Positions 1 to 10,898 of a DNA stretch of 64,000 bases are shown piece after piece. A model generated the notes under the pieces. The model saw nothing but the letters and a program-made list of their open reading frames with translations, had not been told where the DNA came from and searched no databases. This DNA is from Candidatus Omnitrophota bacterium. Its GTDB lineage: Bacteria; Omnitrophota; Gorgyraeia; Zapsychrales; Zapsychraceae. The stretch is taken from positions 93,327 through 157,326 of the forward strand of contig JACKFK010000005.1 in assembly GCA_020632515.1 (NCBI GenBank). Direction: 5' to 3'. The position numbers and the translations under genes were made by a program. Numbering within the stretch: the first letter of the stretch is position 1; each line of letters begins with the position of its first letter.

Positions 1-2
1 TA

Positions 3-941
3 AAGGAAAATGGAAAAGCTGTTGGTGTAATCGCGCGGGATTTAAAAAGCGGAGAATCCATAGAAATCCGAGCGAGCAAAATTATTTGTGCAGTTGGGTC
101 GTGGACGAATGAATTTATGCGTAAGGAAATAACAAAGTTTCCAGCAAAAGTGAGAAACACTAAAGGGGTGCATATTGTCTATAAAGAAAAATTTTCAGAA
201 AGAGCTTTTTTAATTCCTTCTCATCGGGATAATCGAATATTGTTTGTTATCCCCTGGTTAAATCATTCTTTAATTGGAACAACAGATACAGATTTTACAG
301 GTTCGCCGGACAATGTTGGGGTGAAAGAAAAAGATGTGGAGTATCTTTTGGAAGAGGCTCAAAGAATTTTTTCGAAACATGATTTTTGTAAAGAAAACAT
401 TCTTTCTTCGTTTGCTGGGCTTCGGCCTCTTGTTTCTCAGGAAGGATCTCCATCGCAGGTCTCCAGAAAATATTTTATTGAAAGATCATATACCGGCATC
501 CTTTATGTTATAGGCGGAAAATTTACAACATTTCGAAAGATTGCGCAAGAATGTTTGAATTTGGTATTAAAAGAAAAGAAATCGTGGGAGGAAAATGTTT
601 ATACTGTGTATGGAAGCGGTAAGGTAAGTGTGAATATTCCAGAGATTGCGAAGACATTTCAGGTAACGGAGGCAGTCGTAAAATATTTAATTGATTTTTA
701 TGGAATCCGATATAAGGATGTTTTAGCGATTGCCGCTGGAGATTCTTATTTGAAAGAGCCTCTTATTCCTGGCTGTCAGGAAATAAAAGCCCAAGTGGTT
801 TACTCAATTAAAGTGGAAATGGCTCAAAATTTGGAAGATGTTCTGTTTCGCCGATTAAATTTGGGATATTTAGAAAAAAATAACAAACAGTGCGAAGCAA
901 CTATTAAAAAAATATTTGATCAATATTCTAACCACTTGTAA
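3..941 (+). CDS. FAD-dependent glycerol-3-phosphate dehydrogenase/oxidase family protein (C-terminal part; 5' end lies outside the window)
   Basis: The frame is open from base 3 through the first ATG at 117, so the CDS enters from upstream. The translated blocks (KENGKAVGVIARDL..ICAVGSWTNEF; LIPSHRDNRILFVIPW; LIGTTDTDF; FAGLRPL) are typical of DAO-family GlpA/GlpD enzymes with a C-terminal helical domain. Confidence 0.6.
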   Translation, partial: KENGKAVGVIARDLKSGESIEIRASKIICAVGSWTNEFMRKEITKFPAKVRNTKGVHIVYKEKFSERAFLIPSHRDNRILFVIPWLNHSLIGTTDTDFTGSPDNVGVKEKDVEYLLEEAQRIFSKHDFCKENILSSFAGLRPLVSQEGSPSQVSRKYFIERSYTGILYVIGGKFTTFRKIAQECLNLVLKEKKSWEENVYTVYGSGKVSVNIPEIAKTFQVTEAVVKYLIDFYGIRYKDVLAIAAGDSYLKEPLIPGCQEIKAQVVYSIKVEMAQNLEDVLFRRLNLGYLEKNNKQCEATIKKIFDQYSNHL

Positions 942-1159
942 TAATTAGGGTTAAAGTCTTTTTTGTCGAGGAGCTCTTAAGGACAAATCGCTTGACAAAG
1001 TAAGTCAAAATGATATATTGTTTCAGGCTACAGAAGTTTTTAGATGTTGTAATAAAGGTAGTCCTACCGAAAATCTTCAAAAAGTTAAATGTATTAATTA
1101 TTATTTATAAATGAAATATTGGTCTGTCGCATCTATTCTGATACTTAAATTCAATATTC

Positions 1160-2263
1160 ATGAGTAAAGCTATATTATATTTAGAAGACGGAGTTCATTT
1201 TTTTGGAGAAGCCCTGTCTTTTGTCGGGGAGAGTGCAGGAGAAGTTGTTTTTAATACATCTTTAAGCGGCTACCAAGAAATTCTTACAGATCCTTCCTAT
1301 GCGGGGCAGATTGTTGTTATGACGTATCCTTTAATTGGAAATTATGGCGTTAACGATGAAGACAGTGAATCCTCAAAAGTTCATGTTAAAGGATTTATAG
1401 TAAAAGAATTTTGCCGGCATCATTCCAATTTTCGGGCGACAAAAAGTTTAATTGAATATTTAAATGAGCAAAATATTTTGGCTGTAGAGGGTATTGATAC
1501 CAGGGCTCTTACGCGGCATTTACGAGTTAAAGGGGCGATGAGAGGGCTTATTTCAACAAAAGATTTTGATTTAAATAGTCTGGCGCAAAAAATTAAAAAA
1601 GTTCCTTCAATGGAGGGAGCCGACTGGGTTAAAGAAGTAACAACGAAAGAAAAATATATTTGGAAAAATAGTGAAGATAAAGAATCTAAACAAAAGTATA
1701 TCGTTGCCGCGATCGATTGTGGAATCAAATTTAATATATTAAGGATTCTAACAAACAAAGATTGTGAAGTTCATGTTTTTCCGTCTAATGCTACCGTCGA
1801 AGAAATTAATAAAATTAATCCTGACGGAATTTTTATTTCCAACGGACCAGGAGATCCAGCCGCTGTGGGGCATGTTAAGGAAACCATTAGAGCTTTTCTC
1901 GGAAAGAAACCGGTTTTTGGAATTTGTTTGGGACATCAAATAACAGGTCTCGCTTTAGGTGGAAAAACATTTAAACTAAAATTTGGGCATCATGGAGCTA
2001 ATCATCCTGTCAAAGATTTATTGGATAATAGAATCGGGATTACGTCACAAAATCATGGCTTTTGTGTCGACATAGATAGTTTAAATAAGGATGATGTTGA
2101 GTTAATCGATATTAATCTCAATGATCAGACTTTAGAAGGCATGAGACATAAAAAATTCCCAGTGCTTTCTTTTCAGCATCATCCAGAGGCAGCGCCGGGA
2201 CCTCATGATGCACAGTATTTGTTTGATTATTTTATTGAAATGATGAAAGAATACAAAAAGTAA
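1160..2263 (+). CDS. carA: Carbamoyl-phosphate synthase small (glutaminase) subunit
   Basis: 367 aa. N-terminal CPSase small-chain block (TDPSYAGQIVVMTYPLIGNYG) and class-I GATase motifs (GICLGHQ, HHPE). It sits directly upstream of carB. Confidence 0.95.
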   Translation: MSKAILYLEDGVHFFGEALSFVGESAGEVVFNTSLSGYQEILTDPSYAGQIVVMTYPLIGNYGVNDEDSESSKVHVKGFIVKEFCRHHSNFRATKSLIEYLNEQNILAVEGIDTRALTRHLRVKGAMRGLISTKDFDLNSLAQKIKKVPSMEGADWVKEVTTKEKYIWKNSEDKESKQKYIVAAIDCGIKFNILRILTNKDCEVHVFPSNATVEEINKINPDGIFISNGPGDPAAVGHVKETIRAFLGKKPVFGICLGHQITGLALGGKTFKLKFGHHGANHPVKDLLDNRIGITSQNHGFCVDIDSLNKDDVELIDINLNDQTLEGMRHKKFPVLSFQHHPEAAPGPHDAQYLFDYFIEMMKEYKK

Positions 2264-2335
2264 TACATAGCTTTTATTTGTCCGTCAGCAGTTTTGGGAA
2301 GTTGACAGGTGACGATTAAAAGCGGGTAGCTAACA

Positions 2336-5300
2336 ATGCCAAAAAGAACAGATATAAAAAAGATTTTATTGCTTGGGTCAGGGCCGATTGTGATCGGCCA
2401 GGCGTGTGAATTTGACTATTCAGGAACGCAGGCCTGTAAATCTCTTCGCGAGGAAGGGTATGAAATTGTATTAGTAAATTCTAATCCTGCCACCATTATG
2501 ACGGATCCTGAGTTTGCAGATCATACATATGTGGAGCCTCTCACACCAGAATTTGTCGAATATATTATTAAGAAAGAAAAGCCGGATGCGATTTTACCGA
2601 CATTAGGAGGACAAACCGCATTAAATATTGCTATGAAGCTTTGTGAGAATGGTGTGTTGGAAAAAAATAAAGTCAAAATGTTGGGGGCAGATTATGAAGT
2701 TATTAAAAAAGCGGAAGATAGGGAATGTTTTAAAAAAGCTGTTCAGAAAATAGGTTTAGATGTTCCTAGAAGCGCGTTTGCTTATAATATCGTCGAAGCC
2801 CGTAAGGCCGCGGAGCAAATCGGTTTTCCAGTGATCGTTCGGGCTAGTTACACTCTCGGAGGGACTGGAGGTGGTTTCGCGTATAATATGGAGGATCTTG
2901 AGAAGGTTGCGGCTTTGGGTATTGAAAGTAGTATGATTGGCGAGATTTTAATCGAAGAGTCGATTATAGGTTGGAAAGAATATGAATTAGAGGTCATGCG
3001 GGATCATAAAGACAATGTGGTCATCGTTTGTTCTATTGAAAATCTAGATCCTATGGGCGTACATACGGGGGATAGTATTACGGTTGCGCCGGCACAGACA
3101 TTGACGGATCGAGAGTATCAAAATATGCGTGATGCCGCATTAGCGATTATAAGGGAAATTGGTGTGGAAACAGGAGGCTCTAATGTTCAGTTTGCAATTA
3201 ATCCGTTAGATGGAAGAATGGTTGTTATTGAAATGAATCCTCGGGTTTCGCGTAGTTCGGCGTTAGCGAGTAAGGCAACAGGGTTTCCCATTGCAAAGTT
3301 TGCGGCTAAATTAGCGGTTGGATATTCGTTGGATGAAATTCAAAATGATATTACAAAAGAAACCCCGGCGTCATTTGAGCCGACTATCGATTATTGTGTT
3401 ATCAAAATTCCGCGATTTACTTTTGAGAAATTTCCTGAGGCGAAAGATATTTTAGGCGTACAGATGAAATCTGTTGGCGAAACCATGGCGATTGGGAGAA
3501 CGTTTAAAGAAGCTTTACAAAAAGGGTTGCGCGGATTGGAAATAGGGCATGTGGGATTGGATAACAAGTTAGACTATTCTGCTATTTCTGAAGAAAAAGT
3601 TCAACATCGTTTAGAAGAGCCTAATGCGTCGAGGATTTTTTATATCAAATATGCGTTACAAAAGGGATGGGGTGTTGAAAAAGTTGCCCAAGTCAGCAGA
3701 ATTGACATCTGGTTTATTGCCCACATAAAACAAATTCTAGATTTGGAAAATACGATTAAAGAAAGCTTTGAAAAAGAAAAAAACATTTCGACATCGTTAT
3801 TGCGCAAAGCAAAAGAATATGGGTTTAGCGATGTTCAACTAGCAAAACTTATGAAATCGTCTGAGCTTGAAATAAGGAAAGTGAGAAAAGAGCGGGGCGT
3901 TATAGCGACGTTTAAATTGGTGGATACTTGTGCGGCAGAGTTTGAAGCCTATACCCCGTATTTTTATTCAACATATGAAACAGAGGATGAGGCTGTAATT
4001 CAAATAGCGAAAACAGCAACAGAGAATGGAAAAAAGAAAAAATGTATTATGATTCTTGGCGGGGGGCCGAATCGAATTGGGCAAGGTATTGAATTTGATT
4101 ATTGTTGTTGTCATGCTGCTTTTGCTTTAAACGAATTGGGATATGACGCGATTATGGTTAATTCAAATCCTGAAACAGTTTCCACGGATTATGATATTTC
4201 TGATCGATTATATTTTGAACCATTGACGTTTGAAGATGTCATGAATATTATTGATATAGAAAAACCAGATGGCGTTATTGTTCAGTTTGGCGGACAAACA
4301 CCCTTAAATTTAGCACATAAATTAAATCAGGCGGGGGTTCCAATAATTGGGACCAGTGTAGAATCAATTGATTTAGCGGAAAATAGAGAGAAATTCTCAG
4401 AGCTTATAAATAGTTTGGGATTGAAACAACCGGCTAATGGTTCGGCGTATTCGACAGCAGAAGCGGTAACAATTGCGGAAAGAATAGGTTATCCTGTTTT
4501 AGCAAGACCATCGTATGTTCTGGGTGGGCGTGCAATGAAAATTGTTTATAATCAAAAGGCCTTGCTTTCTTTTATTGAAGAGGCTGCCGAAGTTTCCGAA
4601 GGTCAACCCATATTAATAGATAAATTTTTAAATGACGCAATTGAATTGGATGTAGATGCGATTGCTGATGGAAAAGAAACTTTTGTCGCTGGCGTTATGG
4701 AGCATATTGAGAATGCCGGAATCCATTCAGGAGACTCTGCGTGTTCTTTGCCACCACATTCTATATCGGATCATTTGATTAAACAGGTAAAAGATCATAC
4801 GTGTAAGATTGCCCAAGCTTTAAAAGTTATTGGTTTGTTAAATATCCAGTATGCCATTAAAGATGATGAGATCTATGTTTTAGAAGTAAATCCCCGGGCG
4901 TCCAGAACAGCCCCTTATGTGAGTAAGGCAACGGGAAATCCTTTGGCAAAAATTGCCGCACAGGTAATGACGGGGCGAAAATTAGCGGAATATAATCTTT
5001 CGAATGACCACATCGAAAAAATAAAACATTTTGCCGTTAAAGAATGCGTGTTACCTTTTTCAAAATTTTCCGGGGTGGATGTTGTTCTTGGGCCAGAAAT
5101 GAAATCGACGGGTGAAGTTATGGGGATAGCGGATGATTTTGGTGAAGCTTTTGCTAAATCGCAGATTGCTGCGGGGGCGAGCTTACCTAAAAAAGGAAAA
5201 GTGTTAATAAGTGTCAGAGATGAAGATAAATCTGCCGTGGTGCGGATAGCCAAAAAATTAGATGCGATGAAGTTTTCCATTGTAGCAACATTAGGAACCG

Positions 5301-5638
5301 CGAGTTTATTAAAAAAAGAGAAGATAGAAGTTGAACAGATTCAATTAACACCGGATGGAAAAACAGATTTAAATCAAATTTTAGAAATGATAAAGAATGA
5401 CCAAATAGATTTGTTAATTAACACCCCATCAGGTGAACGCAGTCAGTCACATATGGCGCTTATGCGCGCTAGTGCGAATTTACATAACGTACCAATCATT
5501 ACAACTTTACAAGGCGCGGATGCAGCTGTTAAAGGGATAGAGTTTATGCAGAATAAAGAATTTAAGGTGAAGTCTTTGCAGGAGTATTTTCAAATGAAGA
5601 ATAAAGTTAAATCTCAAGATCAGAAAGTTTGTTCGTAG
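2336..5638 (+). CDS. carB: Carbamoyl-phosphate synthase large subunit
   Basis: 1100 aa. Two ATP-grasp halves ([21 protein letters not shown].. and [19 protein letters not shown]..) and an MGS-like C-terminal domain. Confidence 0.97.
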   Translation: MPKRTDIKKILLLGSGPIVIGQACEFDYSGTQACKSLREEGYEIVLVNSNPATIMTDPEFADHTYVEPLTPEFVEYIIKKEKPDAILPTLGGQTALNIAMKLCENGVLEKNKVKMLGADYEVIKKAEDRECFKKAVQKIGLDVPRSAFAYNIVEARKAAEQIGFPVIVRASYTLGGTGGGFAYNMEDLEKVAALGIESSMIGEILIEESIIGWKEYELEVMRDHKDNVVIVCSIENLDPMGVHTGDSITVAPAQTLTDREYQNMRDAALAIIREIGVETGGSNVQFAINPLDGRMVVIEMNPRVSRSSALASKATGFPIAKFAAKLAVGYSLDEIQNDITKETPASFEPTIDYCVIKIPRFTFEKFPEAKDILGVQMKSVGETMAIGRTFKEALQKGLRGLEIGHVGLDNKLDYSAISEEKVQHRLEEPNASRIFYIKYALQKGWGVEKVAQVSRIDIWFIAHIKQILDLENTIKESFEKEKNISTSLLRKAKEYGFSDVQLAKLMKSSELEIRKVRKERGVIATFKLVDTCAAEFEAYTPYFYSTYETEDEAVIQIAKTATENGKKKKCIMILGGGPNRIGQGIEFDYCCCHAAFALNELGYDAIMVNSNPETVSTDYDISDRLYFEPLTFEDVMNIIDIEKPDGVIVQFGGQTPLNLAHKLNQAGVPIIGTSVESIDLAENREKFSELINSLGLKQPANGSAYSTAEAVTIAERIGYPVLARPSYVLGGRAMKIVYNQKALLSFIEEAAEVSEGQPILIDKFLNDAIELDVDAIADGKETFVAGVMEHIENAGIHSGDSACSLPPHSISDHLIKQVKDHTCKIAQALKVIGLLNIQYAIKDDEIYVLEVNPRASRTAPYVSKATGNPLAKIAAQVMTGRKLAEYNLSNDHIEKIKHFAVKECVLPFSKFSGVDVVLGPEMKSTGEVMGIADDFGEAFAKSQIAAGASLPKKGKVLISVRDEDKSAVVRIAKKLDAMKFSIVATLGTASLLKKEKIEVEQIQLTPDGKTDLNQILEMIKNDQIDLLINTPSGERSQSHMALMRASANLHNVPIITTLQGADAAVKGIEFMQNKEFKVKSLQEYFQMKNKVKSQDQKVCS

Positions 5639-5679
5639 AATTTTAAATTTATCCAAAATTTGTTAACAAAGGACTTTTC

Positions 5680-7086
5680 ATGTGTGGGATTGTTGGTGTT
5701 TCAAATCAACAGGAAGCTTCTAAACTAGCTTTTTTAGGGTTGTACGCGTTACAACACCGAGGAGAAGAAGCTGCTGGCATCGCAGCCTATGATGGACAGG
5801 ATATTTATATAAAAAAAGATCCAGGGCTTGTAGCAGATACTTTTGATGAAGCTATTTTAGATGGTTTAAAAGGGGGGACGGCGATTGGGCACTGTCGGTA
5901 TTCTACTACGGGGTCGAGTAACTTTAAAAATACTCAGCCCTTTCTTGTTCGTCATAAAGGAAAACCTATCGCGGTAGCGCACAATGGAAATTTAACCAAC
6001 ACCGAAGTTCTTTATAAAAAATTAGAAGAAAAAGGATCTATTTTTCAAACAACAATGGATTCTGAGATTATTATTCATCTTTTAGCTCGGGCAAAAAATG
6101 GACATATTAAAGAATCATTTGTTAACGTGCTTTCTCAATTAAAAGGGGCGTATTCATTAATATTTCTTGTTGAAGATATGATTGTTGGAGCAAGAGATCC
6201 TCAGGGGTTTCGACCGTTATGTTTAGGAAAATTAGAAGGTAAGTATATTTTGGCTAGTGAAAGTTGCGCGTTTGATTTAATGAAAGCTAAATTTATTAGG
6301 GAAGTTGAGCCCGGAGAAATTGTTTTTATTAAAGGAGAAAAAATCGAATCGGCATATTTACCTAAAAATAATAAAACAGGAACATCTCAATGCATATTTG
6401 AAAATATTTATTTTGCTCGTCCAGATAGCGATATATTTGGAGATAATGTTTATCATGTTCGAAAGAGGCTTGGAGCTCAGTTAGCGAAGGAAAGCCCTGT
6501 TAAAGATATTGATTTTGTTATGTCTATACCCGATTCAGGCAATTACGCAGCTTTGGGGTTTGCGCAAGAATTGGGACTTCCTTTAGAGATCGGAATTATT
6601 CGAAATCACTATATTGGCAGAACGTTTATCCAACCTTCCCAGTTTTTAAGAGATTTTAGAGTTCGAGTTAAATTGAACCCTATTGGGAGTGTGTTGAAAG
6701 GGAAGAAGATTGTTATTGTTGAGGATTCAATTGTTCGAGGAACAACTTCACGCAGCCGTGTGGAAGAGCTAAGAAAATCCGGTGTAAAAGAAATTCATAT
6801 GAGAATTAGTTGTCCGCCAATTAAATCGCCGTGTTTTTATGGAATAGATTTTCCGAACAAGAATGAGTTAATAGGGGCGAGTAAGTCGGTAAAGGAAATA
6901 GCAGATTTTATTAAAGTGGATTCACTTGAATATTTAAGTTTGGAAGGTATGCTTTCTGTAATGAAGAATCCAAAAAAATTCTGTCATGCTTGCTTTACTG
7001 GGAAATATCCAGTTGAAATTCCAAAAAATAAAAGTAAATATTTGTTGGAGCAGAGAAGCCCGAAATATACTTCGAAAGGGAAATAA
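5680..7086 (+). CDS. purF: Amidophosphoribosyltransferase
   Basis: Starts MCGIVGV (Ntn Cys nucleophile). PRTase loop [14 protein letters not shown]-terminal Cys residues as in the Fe-S type PurF. Confidence 0.95.
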   Translation: MCGIVGVSNQQEASKLAFLGLYALQHRGEEAAGIAAYDGQDIYIKKDPGLVADTFDEAILDGLKGGTAIGHCRYSTTGSSNFKNTQPFLVRHKGKPIAVAHNGNLTNTEVLYKKLEEKGSIFQTTMDSEIIIHLLARAKNGHIKESFVNVLSQLKGAYSLIFLVEDMIVGARDPQGFRPLCLGKLEGKYILASESCAFDLMKAKFIREVEPGEIVFIKGEKIESAYLPKNNKTGTSQCIFENIYFARPDSDIFGDNVYHVRKRLGAQLAKESPVKDIDFVMSIPDSGNYAALGFAQELGLPLEIGIIRNHYIGRTFIQPSQFLRDFRVRVKLNPIGSVLKGKKIVIVEDSIVRGTTSRSRVEELRKSGVKEIHMRISCPPIKSPCFYGIDFPNKNELIGASKSVKEIADFIKVDSLEYLSLEGMLSVMKNPKKFCHACFTGKYPVEIPKNKSKYLLEQRSPKYTSKGK

Positions 7087-7094
7087 GAGAGAAT

Positions 7095-8711
7095 ATGAGT
7101 AAATTTATTTTTGTTACCGGCGGGGTTGTTTCAAGTTTAGGAAAAGGTATTGCGTGTGCTTCCATAGGAAAACTGTTGGAAGTCCGGGGGTTAAAAACAA
7201 GCATAATTAAATGCGACCCTTACCTTAATGTTGATCCGGGAACCATGAATCCTTTTCAGCATGGAGAAGTTTATGTGACCGATGATGGGGCAGAAACCGA
7301 CTTAGATTTAGGACATTATGAACGTTTTACAAATGCGCATATTAATAAGGATAGTAATATTACGACGGGAAAAATTTATTATTCGGTGATTACTAAAGAG
7401 CGAAAAGGTGCTTATTTAGGTAAAACTGTGCAGATAATTCCTCATATTACGGATGAAATCAAAAGGAATATAAAAAAGATTTCTAGGGAAAGGGATGTGG
7501 ATGTTACGATTGTCGAAATCGGAGGAACTGTTGGTGATATTGAAAGTTTACCGTTTTTAGAGGCTATTCGTCAACTAAGATGGGAGTTAGGCGAATCATA
7601 TGCGTTAAATATTCATGTAACACTGCTTCCTTTTATTCGAGCGGCTGGAGAGCAGAAAACAAAGCCAACTCAGCACAGTGTTGGACGGCTTCGAGAAATC
7701 GGTATTGCACCAGATATATTGTTATGCCGCACGGAAAAACATATGACTAAAGATCAGCGGGATAAAATTGCCTTGTTTTGTAATGTCGATCGGGAATCTG
7801 TTATTGATGCGGTTGATGTAAAGCACATTTATGAAGTACCAATATCATTTAAGAAGGAAGGGTTGGACGATTTAATTTTAAAAAAATTGAATTTAAAGAG
7901 GGAAGATAAAGATTTAAAGGAATGGAGAAATTTAGTTGTTAAAAGACTGCGATCTCCAGAAAAAGAAGTAAAAATTTTCGTGGTTGGAAAATATGTCGCT
8001 TTACCAGACGCGTATAAATCTATATATGAAGCTTTAGTTCATGGCGGGATAGCGAATGATGCACGGGTTATTATTCAGAAAGTTGATTCTGAAACATTAG
8101 AAAAAGGAAAAAGTTTAAATCAGTTAACAAATGCTGATGGGATTCTTATTCCTGGCGGTTTTGGAGATCGGGGAGTAGAAGGAAAAATCAAAGCGGTTCA
8201 ATTTGCCAGAGAAAATAATATTCCTTATTTTGGAATATGTTTGGGGATGCAGATTGCAGCTATTGAGTATGCTCGAAATGTTTGTAAATTAAAAGGAGCA
8301 AATTCTACGGAGTTTGATAAGGGAACGAAAAATCCTATTATCAGTCTTTTGGAAGAACAAAAAAGTGTTAAAAATCTTGGAGCGACAATGCGTTTGGGGT
8401 CTTATCCATGTAAATTAACAAAAAGTTCTTTTAGTTTTAAAGCCTATAAAAAAGAAAACATTACTGAACGGCATCGCCATCGATATGAATTTAATAATAA
8501 ATACAAAAGCGTTCTTTCTAAAAAGGGAATGCTTTTTACAGGTGTTAATTCGAGTCAAAATTTAGTTGAGATCATTGAGTTGAAAGATCATCCGTGGTTT
8601 GTCGCGTGTCAATTCCATCCGGAATTTAAATCAAAGCCAGACAAAGCACATCCATTATTTAAAAATTTTATTGAGGCTGCCTTGGAACGAAGGGCGTCTT
8701 TAAAAAAATAA
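7095..8711 (+). CDS. pyrG: CTP synthase
   Basis: 538 aa. N-terminus [18 protein letters not shown], GATase GICLGMQ and FHPEF motifs. Confidence 0.97.
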   Translation: MSKFIFVTGGVVSSLGKGIACASIGKLLEVRGLKTSIIKCDPYLNVDPGTMNPFQHGEVYVTDDGAETDLDLGHYERFTNAHINKDSNITTGKIYYSVITKERKGAYLGKTVQIIPHITDEIKRNIKKISRERDVDVTIVEIGGTVGDIESLPFLEAIRQLRWELGESYALNIHVTLLPFIRAAGEQKTKPTQHSVGRLREIGIAPDILLCRTEKHMTKDQRDKIALFCNVDRESVIDAVDVKHIYEVPISFKKEGLDDLILKKLNLKREDKDLKEWRNLVVKRLRSPEKEVKIFVVGKYVALPDAYKSIYEALVHGGIANDARVIIQKVDSETLEKGKSLNQLTNADGILIPGGFGDRGVEGKIKAVQFARENNIPYFGICLGMQIAAIEYARNVCKLKGANSTEFDKGTKNPIISLLEEQKSVKNLGATMRLGSYPCKLTKSSFSFKAYKKENITERHRHRYEFNNKYKSVLSKKGMLFTGVNSSQNLVEIIELKDHPWFVACQFHPEFKSKPDKAHPLFKNFIEAALERRASLKK

Positions 8712-8745
8712 AAATATTGGATTAATAGTTAAAGAGTTACGTGTA

Positions 8746-8778
8746 AGACGATGAAGGTAGTGTCGTCTATTTATTTTT
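8746..8778 (+). terminator. Possible weak intrinsic terminator after pyrG
   Basis: 6-bp stem AGACGA/TCGTCT (8746-8751 / 8763-8768) with an 11-nt loop, followed by ATTTATTTTT. The stem is short, so this is tentative. Confidence 0.35.
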
Positions 8779-8780
8779 GC

Positions 8781-8864
8781 GCGCGGATGGCGGAACTGGT
8801 AGACGCGCTACTTTGAGGGGGTAGTGGTCGCAAGGCCGTGGAGGTTCGAGTCCTCTTCCGCGCA
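8781..8864 (+). tRNA. tRNA-Leu (anticodon GAG), long variable arm, CCA not encoded
   Basis: Folded by hand. Acceptor GCGCGGA/TCCGCGC plus discriminator A. Anticodon stem CTACT/GGTAG with loop TTGAGGG. Long variable arm. T-arm GAGG-TTCGAGT-CCTC. Confidence 0.9.
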
Positions 8865-8905
8865 TAATTAGAAAAATTTAATATAAACAACTTTGGGGAA
8901 GTATA

Positions 8906-9616
8906 ATGAAAAAAGAAATAAAGGTTTCGGCTAGCATTCTATGTGCTGATTTTACAAAATTAGGGGATGAAATTAAGAAATGTGAAGACGCTGGAGTAGA
9001 TATGCTGCATGTAGATATTATGGACGGTCATTTTGTTCCGGTTACAAGTATTGGCGAAACAATTGTTCAAGCGATTCGTCCAATCACAAAGTTACAAATT
9101 GATACGCATTTGATGGTTGAAAATCCTTCTATGCAAATAGACAATTTTATTAATGCCGGAGCGGATATTGTTTCGATTCATGTGGAGTGTTATGGTAAGC
9201 GAAAAACAAATTGTCAGCGGCCGGAACAGTTTCCAAAAGAAATAGAACATTTTGATATTGAAGCTGCCACAAAGGATGTATTAAAAATTAAATCTAAGGG
9301 GAAGAAAGCCTTTATGGTGATTAATCCTGGAACCCCTCTTTGTTTGGATTCTCTTATTAAAGATATTGATGGCGTTTTAATCATGTCAGTAAATCCTGGT
9401 TTTGCCCGACAGAAATTTATGCCAGAGGTATTATCGAAAGTACAGGAATTACGTAAAATCTTTGATGGGGATATCGCAATTGATGGGGGTGTAAAAGAAG
9501 ATACGGCGCCTTTAGCAGTTAAAGCGGGAGTGAATATTTTAGCAACGGCTAGCTATTTCTTTGGAGCAACAGATCAGAAAAAAGTCGTTTCTTATTTAAG
9601 AAATCTAAAAGTATGA
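8906..9616 (+). CDS. rpe: Ribulose-phosphate 3-epimerase
   Basis: SILCADF..HVDIMDGHFVP..DTHLMV..MSVNPGF..IDGG blocks of Rpe. It carries a roughly 20-aa insertion (GKRKTNCQRPEQFPKEIEHFDIEAAT) relative to typical Rpe proteins. Confidence 0.9.
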   Translation: MKKEIKVSASILCADFTKLGDEIKKCEDAGVDMLHVDIMDGHFVPVTSIGETIVQAIRPITKLQIDTHLMVENPSMQIDNFINAGADIVSIHVECYGKRKTNCQRPEQFPKEIEHFDIEAATKDVLKIKSKGKKAFMVINPGTPLCLDSLIKDIDGVLIMSVNPGFARQKFMPEVLSKVQELRKIFDGDIAIDGGVKEDTAPLAVKAGVNILATASYFFGATDQKKVVSYLRNLKV

Positions 9617-9675
9617 GATAAGGAATTGTCTTTAATTTCGGCGCATGGTATATTTGTTATTAAGGAAGAGCAAAC

Positions 9676-9957
9676 ATGTTAATAAAAATTCAAAATTGTC
9701 AAAATAAGAAAAAATCTAAATCGGCACAATCGGCTATTGAATATTTATTATTATTAGCCGTTGTTGTCAGCATTGTCCTTGTTGGTTTTAACAAATATCT
9801 GCCGAGAACATACAATGCTGCTCAAGTTTATTTTAATAGAGCTTCTGTGGGGGTTTTAGGCGATGGGCCAAGATGTGGCGATGGAACTATTACTTTTGGA
9901 GAAACCCCAGAAACTTGTTGTGTAGATTTTGGTTCTTGCGGTTCTTTTGTAAATTAA
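9676..9957 (+). CDS. Flp / class-III-signal-peptide type pilin-like protein with Cys-rich C-terminus
   Basis: 93 aa. Basic leader MLIKIQNCQNKKKSKSA, then QSAIEYLLLLAVVVSIVLVGF. This matches the G/A|XXXXEY prepilin pattern with Glu at +5 and a hydrophobic helix. The C-terminal segment RCGDGTITFGETPETCCVDFGSCGS contains 5 Cys. An RBS-like AAGGAAGAG lies upstream. Confidence 0.55.
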   Translation: MLIKIQNCQNKKKSKSAQSAIEYLLLLAVVVSIVLVGFNKYLPRTYNAAQVYFNRASVGVLGDGPRCGDGTITFGETPETCCVDFGSCGSFVN

Positions 9958-9958
9958 A

Positions 9959-10894
9959 CTACCTACCATTTTGTCTTTTGTCTCGTACGTAATTACTTTT
10001 TTCAAAGCTTTTCGCATATTTTTTTAATTCTGCCGCAACTTCTCCAATTTGAGCTACGTGCTTAATTGACTGATTGACATTACTTACTATTCCGATAGAA
10101 ACAGCTAAGAGGCCGAATCTTTGTTCATTTCCTTGACGATCTTTTCCTAATATATAACCACGTTCATAATCTTCCTCGTTATAAAAGGAAGGGACCTTAT
10201 CGTCGAAATCCTTAACAACATTTTCACATATATTATCTATTATGGCATCATCGGCGATAAAAACAAAATCATCTCCCCCTATATGACCAACAAATGTTTC
10301 TGCATTGCCGATTTTACGGGTATCCTGAATCAAAATACGCGCGAGTTCTTTAATAACGTCATCACCTTTTTCAAATCCATATTTATCATTGTAGGCTTTG
10401 AATTTATCGAGGTCGGCGTATCCAACCGCAAAAGGTTTTTTTTCATCAATATGTCGTTGAAATTCCTCAGTAATAGAAGTGTTCCCAGGCAAATGGGTGA
10501 GTGGGCTAGCATCTAGGCTGCGAATAGTTCTCTTTAGGATCATTTTGATTCTTGCTAATAACTCATCAGGAGCAAAAGGTTTAACAATATAATCATCAGC
10601 ACCAGCCTCTATTCCGCCAATTCGATCTTGAACTTCTCCTTTACCCGTTAACATAATGACGGGTATGTGGCGTAAGAGGATGTCTTGTTTTAATGCCTTA
10701 CAAAATTCGCGTCCGTTCATAACAGGCATCATGTAATCGCAGACAATCAGATCTGGAATTTTTTGTTGAACAGCGTCTAAGCCTTCTTTCCCATTGCCAG
10801 CTTGAGAAATTTCATAATATTCAGAAAGGGTTAGGTCTAAGACGTCTAAAATATCGGGGTCATCGTCAATTGTAAGTATTTTTTCTTTTTTCAT
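9959..10894 (-). CDS. Response regulator: REC domain fused to a GGDEF-family domain with a non-canonical GGDDF motif
   Basis: N-terminal REC (ILTIDDDPD..DLIVCDYMMPVMNG..LTGKG..K). C-terminal GGDEF-type palm (PLTHLPGN..YADLDKFKAYNDKYGFEKGDDVI..VGHIGGDDFVFI..SIGIV). No RxxD I-site lies upstream of the motif. Confidence 0.85.
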   Translation of the reverse strand: MKKEKILTIDDDPDILDVLDLTLSEYYEISQAGNGKEGLDAVQQKIPDLIVCDYMMPVMNGREFCKALKQDILLRHIPVIMLTGKGEVQDRIGGIEAGADDYIVKPFAPDELLARIKMILKRTIRSLDASPLTHLPGNTSITEEFQRHIDEKKPFAVGYADLDKFKAYNDKYGFEKGDDVIKELARILIQDTRKIGNAETFVGHIGGDDFVFIADDAIIDNICENVVKDFDDKVPSFYNEEDYERGYILGKDRQGNEQRFGLLAVSIGIVSNVNQSIKHVAQIGEVAAELKKYAKSFEKSNYVRDKRQNGR

Positions 10895-10898
10895 GTTT

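Noticed and set aside
1420-1939. Antisense ORFs inside carA (1420-1758, 1748-1939). Similar nested or antisense ORFs occur throughout the track, for example 4915-5280, 10283-10516, 23941-24249, 25720-25950, 27048-27620, 31162-31542, 32398-32730, 37179-37556, 40675-41430, 45089-45622 and 54271-54779.
   Set aside because: Each lies wholly within a longer ORF on another frame or strand that has clear family motifs. Their translations are low-complexity and have no recognisable domains or RBS. I treat them as shadow ORFs.
1160-8711. carA-carB-purF-pyrG as a special 'glutamine amidotransferase' supercluster.
   Set aside because: The co-localisation of glutamine-dependent enzymes is real, but all four are standard housekeeping genes with normal motifs. 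The clustering is plausibly simple operon economy and nothing in the sequence is anomalous.
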